A stretch of DNA of 64,000 nt from Synergistales bacterium (GCA_963666205.1 OY762654.1:1696001-1760000), one strand, 5' to 3'. Shown: positions 48,330 to 58,739, counted from the first letter of the stretch. A program made the numbers and translations. The notes: a model not told the origin generated them from the sequence alone.

Positions 48330-48911
48330 TTGAAAAATAAAACCGTGTTCCTGATAATGTCTTCCCTGTTTGCTATTCTTACGGCTATCGGCGCCCAGAT
48401 ACGAATCCCATTTCCTTTTGTGCCTCTGACACTGCAGACATTCCTGGTTGTTCTCTCGGGTCTTGTTCTTGGACCAGTCGCAGGGGCTGTTTCTCAGGTG
48501 GTTTATATTGTTATGGGTCTCCTTGGTCTTCCTGTATTTGCAGGCGGAGGAGGTCTTCATTATATATTCCATCCAACTTTCGGATTCCTTGCTGGTTTTG
48601 TTCCAGGGGCATGGATAGCGGGTAAGATGGCCAGGAAGATCCGATCTGGAAATATCTGGACTTATGTTCCTGCCTGTACTACTGCAACTGCAGTGATTTA
48701 CATATGTGGACTTTCTGTTCTGTATTTCAATCTTAACTTTATTGCAGGGAAATCCCTTCCCTTTGGAAGTATCATTCGTATGGGGCTGCTTCCCTTTCTA
48801 CCGGGTGACCTGTTCAAAATATTCGGAGCTGCATTTCTTGCAGATAAGGTTTTACCTGTTCTGCACCATGCTGATCTATTCAATACTGCTGATTCAAGGG
48901 AGAATCCTTAA
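48330..48911 (+). CDS. bioY: Biotin ECF S-component BioY
   Basis: VPLTLQT, GLLGLPVFAGG, PTFGFL, PFLPGD..K. Confidence 0.92.
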   Translation: MKNKTVFLIMSSLFAILTAIGAQIRIPFPFVPLTLQTFLVVLSGLVLGPVAGAVSQVVYIVMGLLGLPVFAGGGGLHYIFHPTFGFLAGFVPGAWIAGKMARKIRSGNIWTYVPACTTATAVIYICGLSVLYFNLNFIAGKSLPFGSIIRMGLLPFLPGDLFKIFGAAFLADKVLPVLHHADLFNTADSRENP

Positions 48912-49097
48912 AAGATATATACCACACATCCCAATTCTAATTTCTGATCTGCGAAGGTGAAGGGTTTCTGGCACAGGGTAGTGGATGTCTTCTTTTCTTT
49001 TTAAAAAACTGCCCTGAGAAGAGTATCCAAAGCCTGATCAAAACTGACCTAAACGTGCGATCTTTCCATACATCAAGTACACATATTTCTCTTTCTT

Positions 49098-50456
49098 TTA
49101 CCTTTCAGCCATAGCCTTTATTTGTTCTATATATCTCTGCACATTGAATTTCCTTGTTGCTCCCTTGTAGTTCATGTATCGTATCTTCCCGAAAACAGGC
49201 CTTGAAGGCCATGCACGGTCATGTACCCCTCCTATGCTCCAGGCTATTCCAGTGTATCCGTTGGGATCTCTTCCATCCAGTTCATAGCGGTCATTCAGCA
49301 GAATAGCTCTCTGGAGGGCTTCTTCTGGAGAAGGTGACCATTCCAGTATCTTTTTTGCCCAGTACATCCTTATCCATCCATGCATTTTCCCCTTCATAAC
49401 CATCTCCAACTGTCCGGCGTTCCATAGTTCATCATGGGTTTCAGCACCTTCAAGTTCGCTGAATGAATATAGATGTTCCCTTCTGTCCTGACGGTGTTCA
49501 TTGAGGCTATTACGTGCCCATTCGGGGAAAGAACTGTATGAGTCATAAAAAGGTGTATAAAAACAAAAATTATCGGCCAGTTCCCTTCTTACAATGACCT
49601 CTTCCAGAAAGGCTTCTTTAGCTTCCGTTCTTTTTCTGGAGAGTGAAACTTCAAGTGCAGTTCTCTGAGGAGATATATGTCCGAAATGGAGATATGGAGA
49701 AAGAAGGGATAAACCAGGAATTCCCGGATCATTTCTGTCCAGAGGATATCTCTCAAGTCTTTCTGAAATAAACTTTTCCAGAACTTTCATTCCTCCTTCA
49801 CTCCCGGGAACGAGCCAGGAAACAGGTGGTACTGATCTGTCTGCCCTGATCCGTCTCTGGATTTCTTTCCATGCCACCCTGGGGATTTTCTTTTCAAGGG
49901 GGAATGGGTGGAAAAGCAGGTCCGGAAAGGAGACAAGGTATTTATTCAGAAGTCGATGGATCTTTGGTCTTATGGTCCTTGCAGCGAATTCTTTCTTTGT
50001 TGATGTTTCCCAGCAGGGTATGATGTTATGGGAATCAACTTCATGTAAGGGTATATCGATGGTATCTCCAACCTTTCTTTTCCACTGCTTTTTTATTCGC
50101 AGAGGATCAAAGTCGGTGATGATCTCGGAAACTGAATACCTGCTGACAAGAATGGAAATATTCTGTTCAGGTTCTCCCTCCAGCAGGAAGAATGGTATTC
50201 TTTTAGCCAACAGCTTTTTTTCAGTTTCTTCCATCCCTTTGAGCATAAAGTCATAGGCTCGGTAGGGAGAGTCCAGGAAAGAGGGAGTAATATTGAAACA
50301 GACAATGAGGGGAACCTTCATATCAATAGCTCTTTCCTGAGAGTAGAGGAGAGCCCAGTTGTCATCTGCTCTCTGGTCTCTGCTCATCCAGTACAGGACT
50401 GGTCCCTTCTTTCTTTTCCCCTCCTGAAGTAGCCTTGTTCTTGATTTATCGATCAT
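49098..50456 (-). CDS. phr: Class II CPD photolyase
   Basis: YWMSRDQRADDNWAL, LSPYLHFG, RRELADNF, MHGWIRMYWAKKILEW, DGRDPNG. Confidence 0.95.
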   Translation of the reverse strand: MIDKSRTRLLQEGKRKKGPVLYWMSRDQRADDNWALLYSQERAIDMKVPLIVCFNITPSFLDSPYRAYDFMLKGMEETEKKLLAKRIPFFLLEGEPEQNISILVSRYSVSEIITDFDPLRIKKQWKRKVGDTIDIPLHEVDSHNIIPCWETSTKKEFAARTIRPKIHRLLNKYLVSFPDLLFHPFPLEKKIPRVAWKEIQRRIRADRSVPPVSWLVPGSEGGMKVLEKFISERLERYPLDRNDPGIPGLSLLSPYLHFGHISPQRTALEVSLSRKRTEAKEAFLEEVIVRRELADNFCFYTPFYDSYSSFPEWARNSLNEHRQDRREHLYSFSELEGAETHDELWNAGQLEMVMKGKMHGWIRMYWAKKILEWSPSPEEALQRAILLNDRYELDGRDPNGYTGIAWSIGGVHDRAWPSRPVFGKIRYMNYKGATRKFNVQRYIEQIKAMAER

Positions 50457-50879
50457 TATAATTCCTCCATAAAAGGATCCACTCTTTTCACTATTTTTTT
50501 TAATGTAGAATATTCCATACTGTTCAGATCAGATAGTAGGTCCTTCTCTCCGGGTACCGAAGAACAGGGGATCCTGAAAAAAGAATACTTTGCTTGCTTT
50601 CTCGAGAGTTGGATGGTTAGTAAAAAGCTGATAAGGAAAGATCAAAAGGGCCTGTTCCCGGCGTGGAGTTCTGTTCTCATGGTCCTTCTGATCATCTCGA
50701 GGATTAAAGAGTTGGATCCCATTGATTTTCCATTGTAAAGCTTTCAGGCAGAATAGTTAATCAATGATAATTATCAGGATGATTCTAATCGTCACTTTCA
50801 GTTGCATGGGATGGGTAAAACGAATAGAGTGAAAAGAGATAGAGTATTCATTTACTTGCCATGGAGGGGTTTAGAGAAT

Positions 50880-52103
50880 ATGAGTGTTGAGAAAATGGGA
50901 TTTTTCATGAGGGATTTTATTGTTTCAGACATTAAGGCAACTGAAAAAAAAGTGGAAATATTTCCAGGAGATATATTGAAGAACATTGTCAGAAAAGAGC
51001 TGATAGTTGAATATGAAGATTTGGACGTTGACCTCAGGGAATTGGATTTTTCTATACTTACGGTTCCATATATTCTGAATGTAGCACCTGTCATTTGGGC
51101 AATGGGCCTGAAGTGTCGCATATATTCCATGGATGAGGTCTTTGTTCAAAGCCTTGAGGTAATTAAAAATGGTTTAAAGAAACTTTACCCGGCCCTGAAC
51201 TGGGATGGAGAGATCATTCCTGAAATGGTGGTGAAGAATTTCTTACCAGAGGCAAGGGAGAATTACAGGGATGTCCTCTTTTTCTCGGGAGGGTTTGATT
51301 CGACTTATTCCGCATTGAAAAGTGATCCCGAAAAAACAGTTCTTTTGACTGTAAGGGGTCATGATATTTCTCTGAACAATGATTCAGCATGGCACTCTGT
51401 AATTTCGAGGGTAGAAGATTTTTCAAAGGCTCTTGGATTCAGGACGGGAAGGGTGAATGCAAATATTTTCCGATTTTTGTATTACACTCCGATTCATAAG
51501 AGATTTCCTGAACTTAAGCCCTGGTATGCTTTTGTACAGCATGGATTGAGTCTTGCTGGTCTGGCATTTCCTCTTGCCTTTACGAAGGGGTGGAATTCCG
51601 TAGGTTTTTCTTCTTCAAATGATGAAGTATCAGCTCATCTTCCATGGGGGGCTCATCCTCTGCTTGAACCAGAAATTAAAGTGAGTGGTATATCTGTTAA
51701 ATCTGTTGGAGCAGAGATCAACTGGATTAACAAATTGAAGGATATCGTAACTTTTTACCGGAAAAATCCTGATCTCCCGAAGCCTTTTTTAAGGGTCTGT
51801 CTTGATAAAATGTCAGGTCGAGCCTCTGAAAACTGTTGTAGATGTACTAAATGTCTGAGGAGGATAATTGCATTGCTTCTATTTTCAGAAAATCCTAATC
51901 AATGGGGGTTTAATGTTCCTGAACCAGTTTTTCTCCACGTCAGGAAACGTTGTCTTGCCCTGGATATTACAAATACTTATGATGAGTATTACTGGCATGA
52001 GATGGCCAGGATGGCGTTCCCCTACTTCGGGAAGGAGAACGAAGAATATGAAAATTTCTTTAGCTGGCTTGAAAAATGGATTCCGGGAGACTGTGATTCC
52101 TGA
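50880..52103 (+). CDS. Hypothetical PP-loop-like protein with a C-terminal Cys cluster
   Basis: FFSGGFDS and VC...NCCRCTKC motifs; AT-rich; start uncertain. Confidence 0.6.
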   Translation: MSVEKMGFFMRDFIVSDIKATEKKVEIFPGDILKNIVRKELIVEYEDLDVDLRELDFSILTVPYILNVAPVIWAMGLKCRIYSMDEVFVQSLEVIKNGLKKLYPALNWDGEIIPEMVVKNFLPEARENYRDVLFFSGGFDSTYSALKSDPEKTVLLTVRGHDISLNNDSAWHSVISRVEDFSKALGFRTGRVNANIFRFLYYTPIHKRFPELKPWYAFVQHGLSLAGLAFPLAFTKGWNSVGFSSSNDEVSAHLPWGAHPLLEPEIKVSGISVKSVGAEINWINKLKDIVTFYRKNPDLPKPFLRVCLDKMSGRASENCCRCTKCLRRIIALLLFSENPNQWGFNVPEPVFLHVRKRCLALDITNTYDEYYWHEMARMAFPYFGKENEEYENFFSWLEKWIPGDCDS

Positions 52104-52138
52104 TGATCGAACTTGAAAACAGGGGGGTAGGGAAAAGG

Positions 52139-52858
52139 ATGGATGATCTTTTGAAATTTGCAGAAATGATAAAAACTTCTTCGAAAGTTGTTGTTTTCAC
52201 AGGAGCCGGTATGAGTACCGAATCGGGTTTGCCCGACTTCAGATCTGATAATGGCTTATGGAAGGAAGTTGATCCCACCCAGCTTGCTTCAGTGGAGGCT
52301 ATGGAAATGGGAGGCGAGGAATTTTTTTCCTTTTACAGGGACAGAATCGATACCCTCATGAAAGTGAAACCAAACCCGGGGCACTATATTCTTTCCGAAT
52401 GGGAACGAAAAGAGGTCATTGCTGGAATAATAACCCAGAATGTGGATGGGCTCCATCACCGGGCAGGATCGAAGAATGTCGCCGAGCTTCATGGCAACCT
52501 GAGAGAAGTAAGGTGCAGAAGGTGCCAGAAGATCTTTCCCGCATCGTTGTTTCTTGAAAGCAGGAAATGTCACGAATGTGGCGGCAGGTTAAGGCCATGT
52601 GTTGTTCTTTTCGGGGAGATGCTTCCTGTGACAGGGCTTACGAAGAGCGAGGATCTGTTAAGGGGATGTGACCTTTTCATAGTGCTTGGTTCATCTCTGC
52701 AGGTATCTCCTGCCAACTGGTTTCCTCGGGATGCCAAAGCAGCCGGAGCGGATCTTGTGATAGTGAACAGAACTCCAACTCCCCTGGATGAACTGGCTGA
52801 TCTGGTCATTGCGGGATCTGTTGCAGAGGTTCTCGGGAAAATTAATGCCATCCTTTAG
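52139..52858 (+). CDS. cobB: Sir2/CobB NAD-dependent deacylase
   Basis: TGAGMSTESGLPDFR, TQNVDGLH, HG, CxxC..CxxC, GSSLQV.PA. Confidence 0.92.
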   Translation: MDDLLKFAEMIKTSSKVVVFTGAGMSTESGLPDFRSDNGLWKEVDPTQLASVEAMEMGGEEFFSFYRDRIDTLMKVKPNPGHYILSEWERKEVIAGIITQNVDGLHHRAGSKNVAELHGNLREVRCRRCQKIFPASLFLESRKCHECGGRLRPCVVLFGEMLPVTGLTKSEDLLRGCDLFIVLGSSLQVSPANWFPRDAKAAGADLVIVNRTPTPLDELADLVIAGSVAEVLGKINAIL

Positions 52859-52997
52859 AGGGGAATGGGGCTTCTCTGATCATCCTCTTCCATTTTGAGA
52901 TGATCATGAAAGTTATTTGCAGTAATTTCAGAAATATTTGACTTGTCTTGCCGGAGAATGGTATAAAGACTTCATCTTGTTTCTCTCAGGAGATTTT

Positions 52998-53081
52998 ATG
53001 ACAGATTTCTTTGATCTTTCTGTTGTTCTGCCCAATATATTTATTCTAAGTGTGGGACCCCCTTTGGGGACCGACGCTTAG
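52998..53081 (+). CDS. Putative attenuator leader peptide MTDFFDLSVVLPNIFILSVGPPLGTDA
   Basis: AGGAG RBS at 52988-92; ORF overlaps the 5' arm of a long hairpin and stops in its loop. Confidence 0.65.
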   Translation: MTDFFDLSVVLPNIFILSVGPPLGTDA

Positions 53082-53100
53082 TTGCGTCTGGTTTACCAAA

Positions 53101-53137
53101 GGCCGGGGTCCCAATAAGGGAATCCCGGCCTTTTTTT
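53101..53137 (+). terminator. Attenuator terminator in the leader region
   Basis: GGCCGGGGTCCC-AATAA-GGGAATCCCGGCC-TTTTTTT; mutually exclusive with the hairpin at 53053-53113. Confidence 0.85.
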
Positions 53138-53277
53138 ATGTTTTCAATTGTTCAGCATGTAATTCTACAGGAGGTGATGCATAGAGAAAAGGGGAAGCAT
53201 TGGTACGGATCTTCAGCATCAGTGTTTAGTGCGTTATTTTGAACTTATCCTGGAGTGTAAGAACGGAGGAAAATGAT

Positions 53278-54456
53278 ATGGATTCTCTTACAGCGTTTGT
53301 TATTATCGCAGCAGTTTTTGCAGTTGGTGATTTTGTTGCATGCAAGACAAAAGCAATATGTTCCATGATTTTTGTTTCAGGGCTTGTTTTTCTTGTGGGG
53401 TTCTGGTATTTCATCCCGAAAACTCTTTTTGCTGATTCCCAGCTGATCCAGGTAGGGATACTTTCCATCCCCATCCTCCTCGTTTACATGGGGACCCTGA
53501 TGAAACTAAAGGACCTTAAGGATGAATGGAAAACGGTCCTCATAGCCTTTGGAGCTGTTGTCGCAGTGGGAATTTCCATGCTTTTTGTAGCAAGCCCCAT
53601 TATTGGAAAGCAGTTTGCAGTAGCAGGTGCGGGTCCCATCTCCGGCGGAGTTGTGGCCACTTTCATGGTCAATGAAGTTGCCACCGCAAAGGGACTTGAT
53701 GAAGTGGCAGTGTTCGCGACACTCCTGCTGGTCCTTCAGACCTTTGTGGGTCTGCCCATTGCTTCCATATGTCTTGCGAAGGAAGGGAAAAAACTTCATA
53801 GCCAGTTCAAGGCTGGAGAAGTCCTCATGGCTGATCCCTCGAAGGACGGGGCGGATCCCGACAAACCTACATGGAAGATCTTCCCGGCTACCCCGAAGCA
53901 GCTTCAGACACCATTTATTCTTATAATGAAAACAGCCCTTATCGGATTGCTTGCCTTCAAGGCCGCTGCCCTTACGGGTGGTGTTGTGAATAAATATATT
54001 CTCTGTCTTGTTTTCGGTATGCTTTTCTATGAGACAGGTTTCCTTGAACATAAGATCATGGATAAGGCCAATGCAACAGGTTTCCTTCTTTTCCCGCTTA
54101 TGGTGATAATTTTCCTGAATCTTCCCAAGGCAACCCCCGATATGGTGGCCAAACTGATAACGCCCATAGTCATAGCTTTTGCAGTTTCAGTTGTTGGAAT
54201 AGCAATATTTACATTTGTCCTGGGCAAATTCTGTAAATACTCCTGGAATCTTTCCCTTGCAATAGGGGTTACATGTATGTTCGGTTTTCCCGGCACCTTC
54301 ATAGTGGCCCAGGAAGTATGCCAGGCTGTTTCAGATACACCTGAGGAGAAGGAATTCCTTTTGAGCCGACTTCTTCCCAAGATGCTTGTCGCTGGATTTA
54401 CCACAGTTACCATAGCATCTGTGGTCCTGGCCGGTGTCCTGGTCAAGTACATCTAG
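53278..54456 (+). CDS. Multi-pass membrane protein, probable amino-acid/peptide transporter
   Basis: About 11-12 hydrophobic segments; GGAGG RBS; first gene of an operon with two hydrolases. Confidence 0.7.
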   Translation: MDSLTAFVIIAAVFAVGDFVACKTKAICSMIFVSGLVFLVGFWYFIPKTLFADSQLIQVGILSIPILLVYMGTLMKLKDLKDEWKTVLIAFGAVVAVGISMLFVASPIIGKQFAVAGAGPISGGVVATFMVNEVATAKGLDEVAVFATLLLVLQTFVGLPIASICLAKEGKKLHSQFKAGEVLMADPSKDGADPDKPTWKIFPATPKQLQTPFILIMKTALIGLLAFKAAALTGGVVNKYILCLVFGMLFYETGFLEHKIMDKANATGFLLFPLMVIIFLNLPKATPDMVAKLITPIVIAFAVSVVGIAIFTFVLGKFCKYSWNLSLAIGVTCMFGFPGTFIVAQEVCQAVSDTPEEKEFLLSRLLPKMLVAGFTTVTIASVVLAGVLVKYI

Positions 54457-54482
54457 ACATGACTCGAAAGGAAGATTCGAAT

Positions 54483-55676
54483 ATGTCAGGAAGGATCCTT
54501 TTCAAGGGAGCCACATTAATCGATGGAACCGGTAAGGAACCTGTCGAAAACGCGTTTCTCCTTGTGGAGGAAGACAGAATAGCGGCTACAGGAATATCTG
54601 CAGAGAATCTGGTTGGGAAATATGATGAAGTAATGGACCTCTCCGGAAAATATCTTATGCCGGGAATGATGAACTGCCATACCCATGTTGTAATGGAACC
54701 CGTTGCTGATATGCAGTCTTTTGCCAGGGATCAGACCCCCGTTACCCATGCTGCAAGGGGAGTAGCCAATCTTCAGAAACTTCTGAAGTCCGGTACCACT
54801 TTTATCAGGGATATGGGTGCACCCTACGCAGCTGACCTTGGTCTGAAAAGGTGTATGAAAGAAGGTGTTTTCAAAGGGCCTGACATGTTCTGTTCCGGGA
54901 AAATGATAACCATGACAGGTGGGCATGGCTGGATGTTCGGCAGGGAGGCCGACGGCCCCGATGATGTCAGAAAAGCAGCCAGGGAACAGCTTCGAGCCGG
55001 TGCGGATGTTATTAAAATCATGGCTACGGGGGGAGTCCTGACCCCTGGAGTGGAACCCGGTTCACCCCAGTTTACAGAGGAAGAGATACGCGCAGCGGTG
55101 GAAGAGGCTCATAAGGCCGGGAAAAAGACCGCAACCCATGCACAGGGAACAACGGGTATCAAAAACGCTATCCGTGCCGGGATCGACTCCATAGAGCATG
55201 GATGCATAATGGATGATGAAGCAATTGAAATGATGCTTGAGAGGGGCACCTGTTTTGTTCCTACTCTCGCTGCTGTTTTCCAGATAATTGATAATGGAGT
55301 GGAAGCTGGAATTCCAGAATATGCCGTCGAAAAATGCAGGAGGATCTTTGATCATCATCTTGAAAGTTTCCGCAAAGCTAGACAGGCTGGTGTTAAAATA
55401 GCCTGTGGGACAGATGCCAGTACTCCCTTTAACGGTTTCGACAAGACAGCCCTGGAACTTGTTCTGATGACCAGGGCCGGGATGGGTAACATGGAGGCCA
55501 TAGTATCTGCCACCAGGGTAAGTTCCGAACTCATAGGATGTGACAGGGAATATGGCACCCTTGAGAAGGGAAAGTTTGCCGATTTCCTCATTCTTGATAA
55601 GGATCCCCTGGCCGACATAAGTACCCTTCTGGAAGTCGGATCCGTTTACAAAAAGGGAGAATTGGTCTCCTGCTGA
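54483..55676 (+). CDS. Amidohydrolase-superfamily metallo-dipeptidase (Xaa-Pro dipeptidase-like)
   Basis: PGMMNCHTH, TGGHG, IKIMATGG, HAQG, SIEHG, GTD, GKFADF. Confidence 0.88.
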   Translation: MSGRILFKGATLIDGTGKEPVENAFLLVEEDRIAATGISAENLVGKYDEVMDLSGKYLMPGMMNCHTHVVMEPVADMQSFARDQTPVTHAARGVANLQKLLKSGTTFIRDMGAPYAADLGLKRCMKEGVFKGPDMFCSGKMITMTGGHGWMFGREADGPDDVRKAAREQLRAGADVIKIMATGGVLTPGVEPGSPQFTEEEIRAAVEEAHKAGKKTATHAQGTTGIKNAIRAGIDSIEHGCIMDDEAIEMMLERGTCFVPTLAAVFQIIDNGVEAGIPEYAVEKCRRIFDHHLESFRKARQAGVKIACGTDASTPFNGFDKTALELVLMTRAGMGNMEAIVSATRVSSELIGCDREYGTLEKGKFADFLILDKDPLADISTLLEVGSVYKKGELVSC

Positions 55677-55720
55677 AAATACTTCCGTTAATGGAAATGA
55701 AAGGTGGAGATTTTACAGGT

Positions 55721-56914
55721 ATGCTTAACAGAATAAAGGAACTGGGAGAACAGTTCCACCATGATGTGGTCGATCTTAGAAGGCATTTCCATGCCCACCC
55801 TGAGGTTGCCTGGAATGAAGTGGAGACAACTAAAAAGGTGGCAGAGGTACTTAAGGGACTGGGATGTGAAAATATCCGAACCGGTTTTGGCGGGACAGAA
55901 TGTGGTCTTACTGCCGAGATCACAGGTTCCAAACCGGGTCCCTGTGTTGCCCTCAGGGCAGATATGGATGCTCTCCCTCTCTCTGAAGAGAACGAGGTGT
56001 CCTATAAATCCCTGAACGTTGGAGCTATGCATGCGTGTGGACATGATTCCCATACTGCCATGCTTCTCGGTGCAGCTATGGTCCTTACCAAGATAAAGGA
56101 TGAGCTTCCCGGCAAGGTCCGCCTGATCTTCCAGCCGGCAGAGGAACATGGTCTTAACTCAGGGGCTGACAATATGGCCCGTGAGGGAGTATTGGAAGGT
56201 GTGGACGTAATATGCGGCCTTCATGTATGGTCTCCTGTAAAATCGGGAACAATAGCATACAGGGTAGGTCCCATGATGGCTTCCTGTGATGCCTGGGAAG
56301 CGGTAATAAGGGGCAAAGGTGGTCATGGGTCTGCTCCCCATATGGCTGTTGATCCCACTATAGCCGCCGCAGATATTATCTCTTCTCTCCAGACAATTGT
56401 GGGAAGGGAAGTCGATCCCATGGAAGCTGCGGTAATAAGCACGGGGAAGATGGAAGCCGGTTCTGCCTTTAACATCATTCCGGAAAGAGTAAGCCTTCTT
56501 GGTACTACCAGATCCTTTGTTCCCGAGGTTCAGGATATGGTTGAAAATAGCATAGGCCGTCTGATCCATGGGATATGTTCGGCTTTTCAGTGTACGGCAG
56601 AGTACAAGTACACCAGGTATGTTCCTTCAACTATAAACGACAGGGAAGCAACTCTTATCGTCAAGGAACTGGGAGAAGAATTCTTCGGACCGGAAAAAGT
56701 TGAAGAGGCCGCCCTTGTCATGGGAGCCGAAGACTTCAGCTATTTCCAGCGCAAGATCCCGGGGACACTGTTCTTCCTGGGGTGCGGCGATCCGGAAAAG
56801 GGGACCGATAAGCCCCATCATTCGCCCACTTTCAATGTTGATGAGGATGTCCTTTCCAGTGGTGTTGCCATGCTTGCCGGTTTTGCATGGAAATATATGA
56901 CCTCAAAAAAATAG
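55721..56914 (+). CDS. M20D family amidohydrolase / carboxypeptidase
   Basis: LRADMDAL, MHACGHD.H, FQPAEE, GGHGS.PH, AEDF, HH.P.F. Confidence 0.92.
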   Translation: MLNRIKELGEQFHHDVVDLRRHFHAHPEVAWNEVETTKKVAEVLKGLGCENIRTGFGGTECGLTAEITGSKPGPCVALRADMDALPLSEENEVSYKSLNVGAMHACGHDSHTAMLLGAAMVLTKIKDELPGKVRLIFQPAEEHGLNSGADNMAREGVLEGVDVICGLHVWSPVKSGTIAYRVGPMMASCDAWEAVIRGKGGHGSAPHMAVDPTIAAADIISSLQTIVGREVDPMEAAVISTGKMEAGSAFNIIPERVSLLGTTRSFVPEVQDMVENSIGRLIHGICSAFQCTAEYKYTRYVPSTINDREATLIVKELGEEFFGPEKVEEAALVMGAEDFSYFQRKIPGTLFFLGCGDPEKGTDKPHHSPTFNVDEDVLSSGVAMLAGFAWKYMTSKK

Positions 56915-57089
56915 TTTCTTATAGGGGAAAATAGACAATAGATACCAGGGGGAGGGTCCCTTTCATCAGGAAAAGGATCCTCCTCCTGGTATTATCGTAG
57001 TCATAGTGTCCTTTCTTTTCAGGAAGGGAACTATAATATAAAGAGGTTATTATCGTTCGTCCATTCTGAAAGGAAAGGAAGTAGCCCTT

Positions 57090-57692
57090 TTGGAAGAGAA
57101 GGGTAGATATCTTGAAGAACTGGAAATATCCATAGGGGAATGTTTCAGATGTTCCATAGCATCATACAGAAAAAGAGTAGTCATGGGAGAAGGTCCCTTT
57201 TCCTCAGGTCTTATGATCGTAGCCCAGGCGCCAAACAGACATGAGATGGAGAGCGGAAGGATCTTCACAGGGTCTTCGGGGGCAGTCCTGGATGAACTGC
57301 TGGCAGCTGGAGGATATACCAGGCTGGATTGCTATATCACAAACCTTCTGAAGTGTCCCCTTCCTCATTGCAGAAAACCCCGCAGGGCTGAGATAGGATC
57401 ATGCCTTCCCTTCCTCCGGAAGGAAATAAAGATCCTCAGACCGAGAGTATTGATACCTCTGGGACGTTACGCGATAAAAGAAGTCCTCCGTGAATATGGA
57501 CACTCTGTTCCCCCCAGGAATAATGAAATACCATTCCTCTTCGGTCATATATTCCGAGGGGGCGGTATTTTTGTTATTCCTCTCCCGCACCCGGCTACTG
57601 TCCTCTACAGACCAGCCTTTTTTGAGCCGACCCTTAAGCTTTATGGAGAGACCCTTTTGAAGGTTACGAAAATCCTGAATTGTCTGGAATAA
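57090..57692 (+). CDS. Uracil-DNA glycosylase family 4-like protein
   Basis: CxxC, AQAP..E...G..F.G.SG, YITNLLKC, C..FL, HPA. Confidence 0.8.
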   Translation: MEEKGRYLEELEISIGECFRCSIASYRKRVVMGEGPFSSGLMIVAQAPNRHEMESGRIFTGSSGAVLDELLAAGGYTRLDCYITNLLKCPLPHCRKPRRAEIGSCLPFLRKEIKILRPRVLIPLGRYAIKEVLREYGHSVPPRNNEIPFLFGHIFRGGGIFVIPLPHPATVLYRPAFFEPTLKLYGETLLKVTKILNCLE

Positions 57693-57818
57693 AAAAGGGG
57701 ATCGGGGCCTGCCGGCCGAATTATGCAGGCCCCGGCTTTCGAGGATCTTTCCTCAAAAGTGTTTCTATCAGAAGGGGGGTAGTAAGCGATTATATAATAT
57801 CCAGGCCTTTTGACTTTT

Positions 57819-58739
57819 TCAGCCTACGATCCTGTCTTTGCCGTGGTATTTTTCCTCAAGTACATTTCGGGGAAGATATTCTTCTTCCATTTTTCTGATG
57901 TTCTCGAGGTGAACCACTTCTGTGAAATCCCTGAATGATATCAGTTTATCCAGGTACCGGTCGGAGACTCCATTTTCCCTTATCTCACTCATCACTTCGT
58001 ACATGCCCTTTGCAGCCGAATATAGGGTGGAAAGGGGAGGAACTATCCATTTATAGCCCATCTCTTCTGCTTCTGCTATGGGAATAATAGGAGTTTTACC
58101 GCCTTCGATGAGGTTAAGCATAAGGAGAGTCCCTTTAAGTTCTCTGGCTGTATTTTCTATCTGTTCCCTTGTTTCCAGGGCTTCAACAAAGATCATGTCA
58201 ACGCCTAGATCCACTGCATTTTTTGCACGTTCGAGAGCATCCTGGTAACCATTTACCGCAATGGCATCTGTCCGGTAGATGATCAGAAAATCTGGATCAA
58301 GACTAGCCCTGGCATCCATGGCGGCCCGGAGTTTCCCTTCCATCTCTTTGTAGGGGATAACCTGTTTGCCTTCCATATGGCCGCATCTCTTCGGAGCGAC
58401 CTGGTCCTCAATGAATAGTCCGGCAGCTCCTGCTGCAATGAATTCCTGTACTGTCCAGTAGGCATTGACGGCGTTTCCGAATCCGTTATCGGAATCAGCT
58501 ACAACAGGAATATTGACAGATCTTGCTATGGTCCTGACCTGGGAGACCATTTCTGTGAGGGTCAGAAGACCTATATCGGGCTGTCCCAGCATAACTGCCG
58601 CGGTGCCGTATCCCGAGTGCTGAAGGGCTTCAAATCCGACCATTTCACATATCCTGGCACTTAAACAGTCATAAACTCCCGGTGCTACGATCGCGCGGGA
58701 TTCCCTAAGCCTGTTTCTGAGCATGGTTGATTTTTTCAT
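57819..58739 (-). CDS. Isocitrate lyase / PEP mutase family lyase
   Basis: APGVYD, DSDNGFG, EDQVAPKRCGH, RTDA. Confidence 0.9.
   Translation of the reverse strand: MKKSTMLRNRLRESRAIVAPGVYDCLSARICEMVGFEALQHSGYGTAAVMLGQPDIGLLTLTEMVSQVRTIARSVNIPVVADSDNGFGNAVNAYWTVQEFIAAGAAGLFIEDQVAPKRCGHMEGKQVIPYKEMEGKLRAAMDARASLDPDFLIIYRTDAIAVNGYQDALERAKNAVDLGVDMIFVEALETREQIENTARELKGTLLMLNLIEGGKTPIIPIAEAEEMGYKWIVPPLSTLYSAAKGMYEVMSEIRENGVSDRYLDKLISFRDFTEVVHLENIRKMEEEYLPRNVLEEKYHGKDRIVG

Noticed and set aside
52139-52858. Sir2 as an anti-phage defence effector (Thoeris/DSR)
   Set aside because: Short, canonical Zn-binding CobB-type sirtuin with no defence partner genes.
57090-57692. UdgX-type crosslinking glycosylase
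   Set aside because: The KRRIH R-loop signature is absent.
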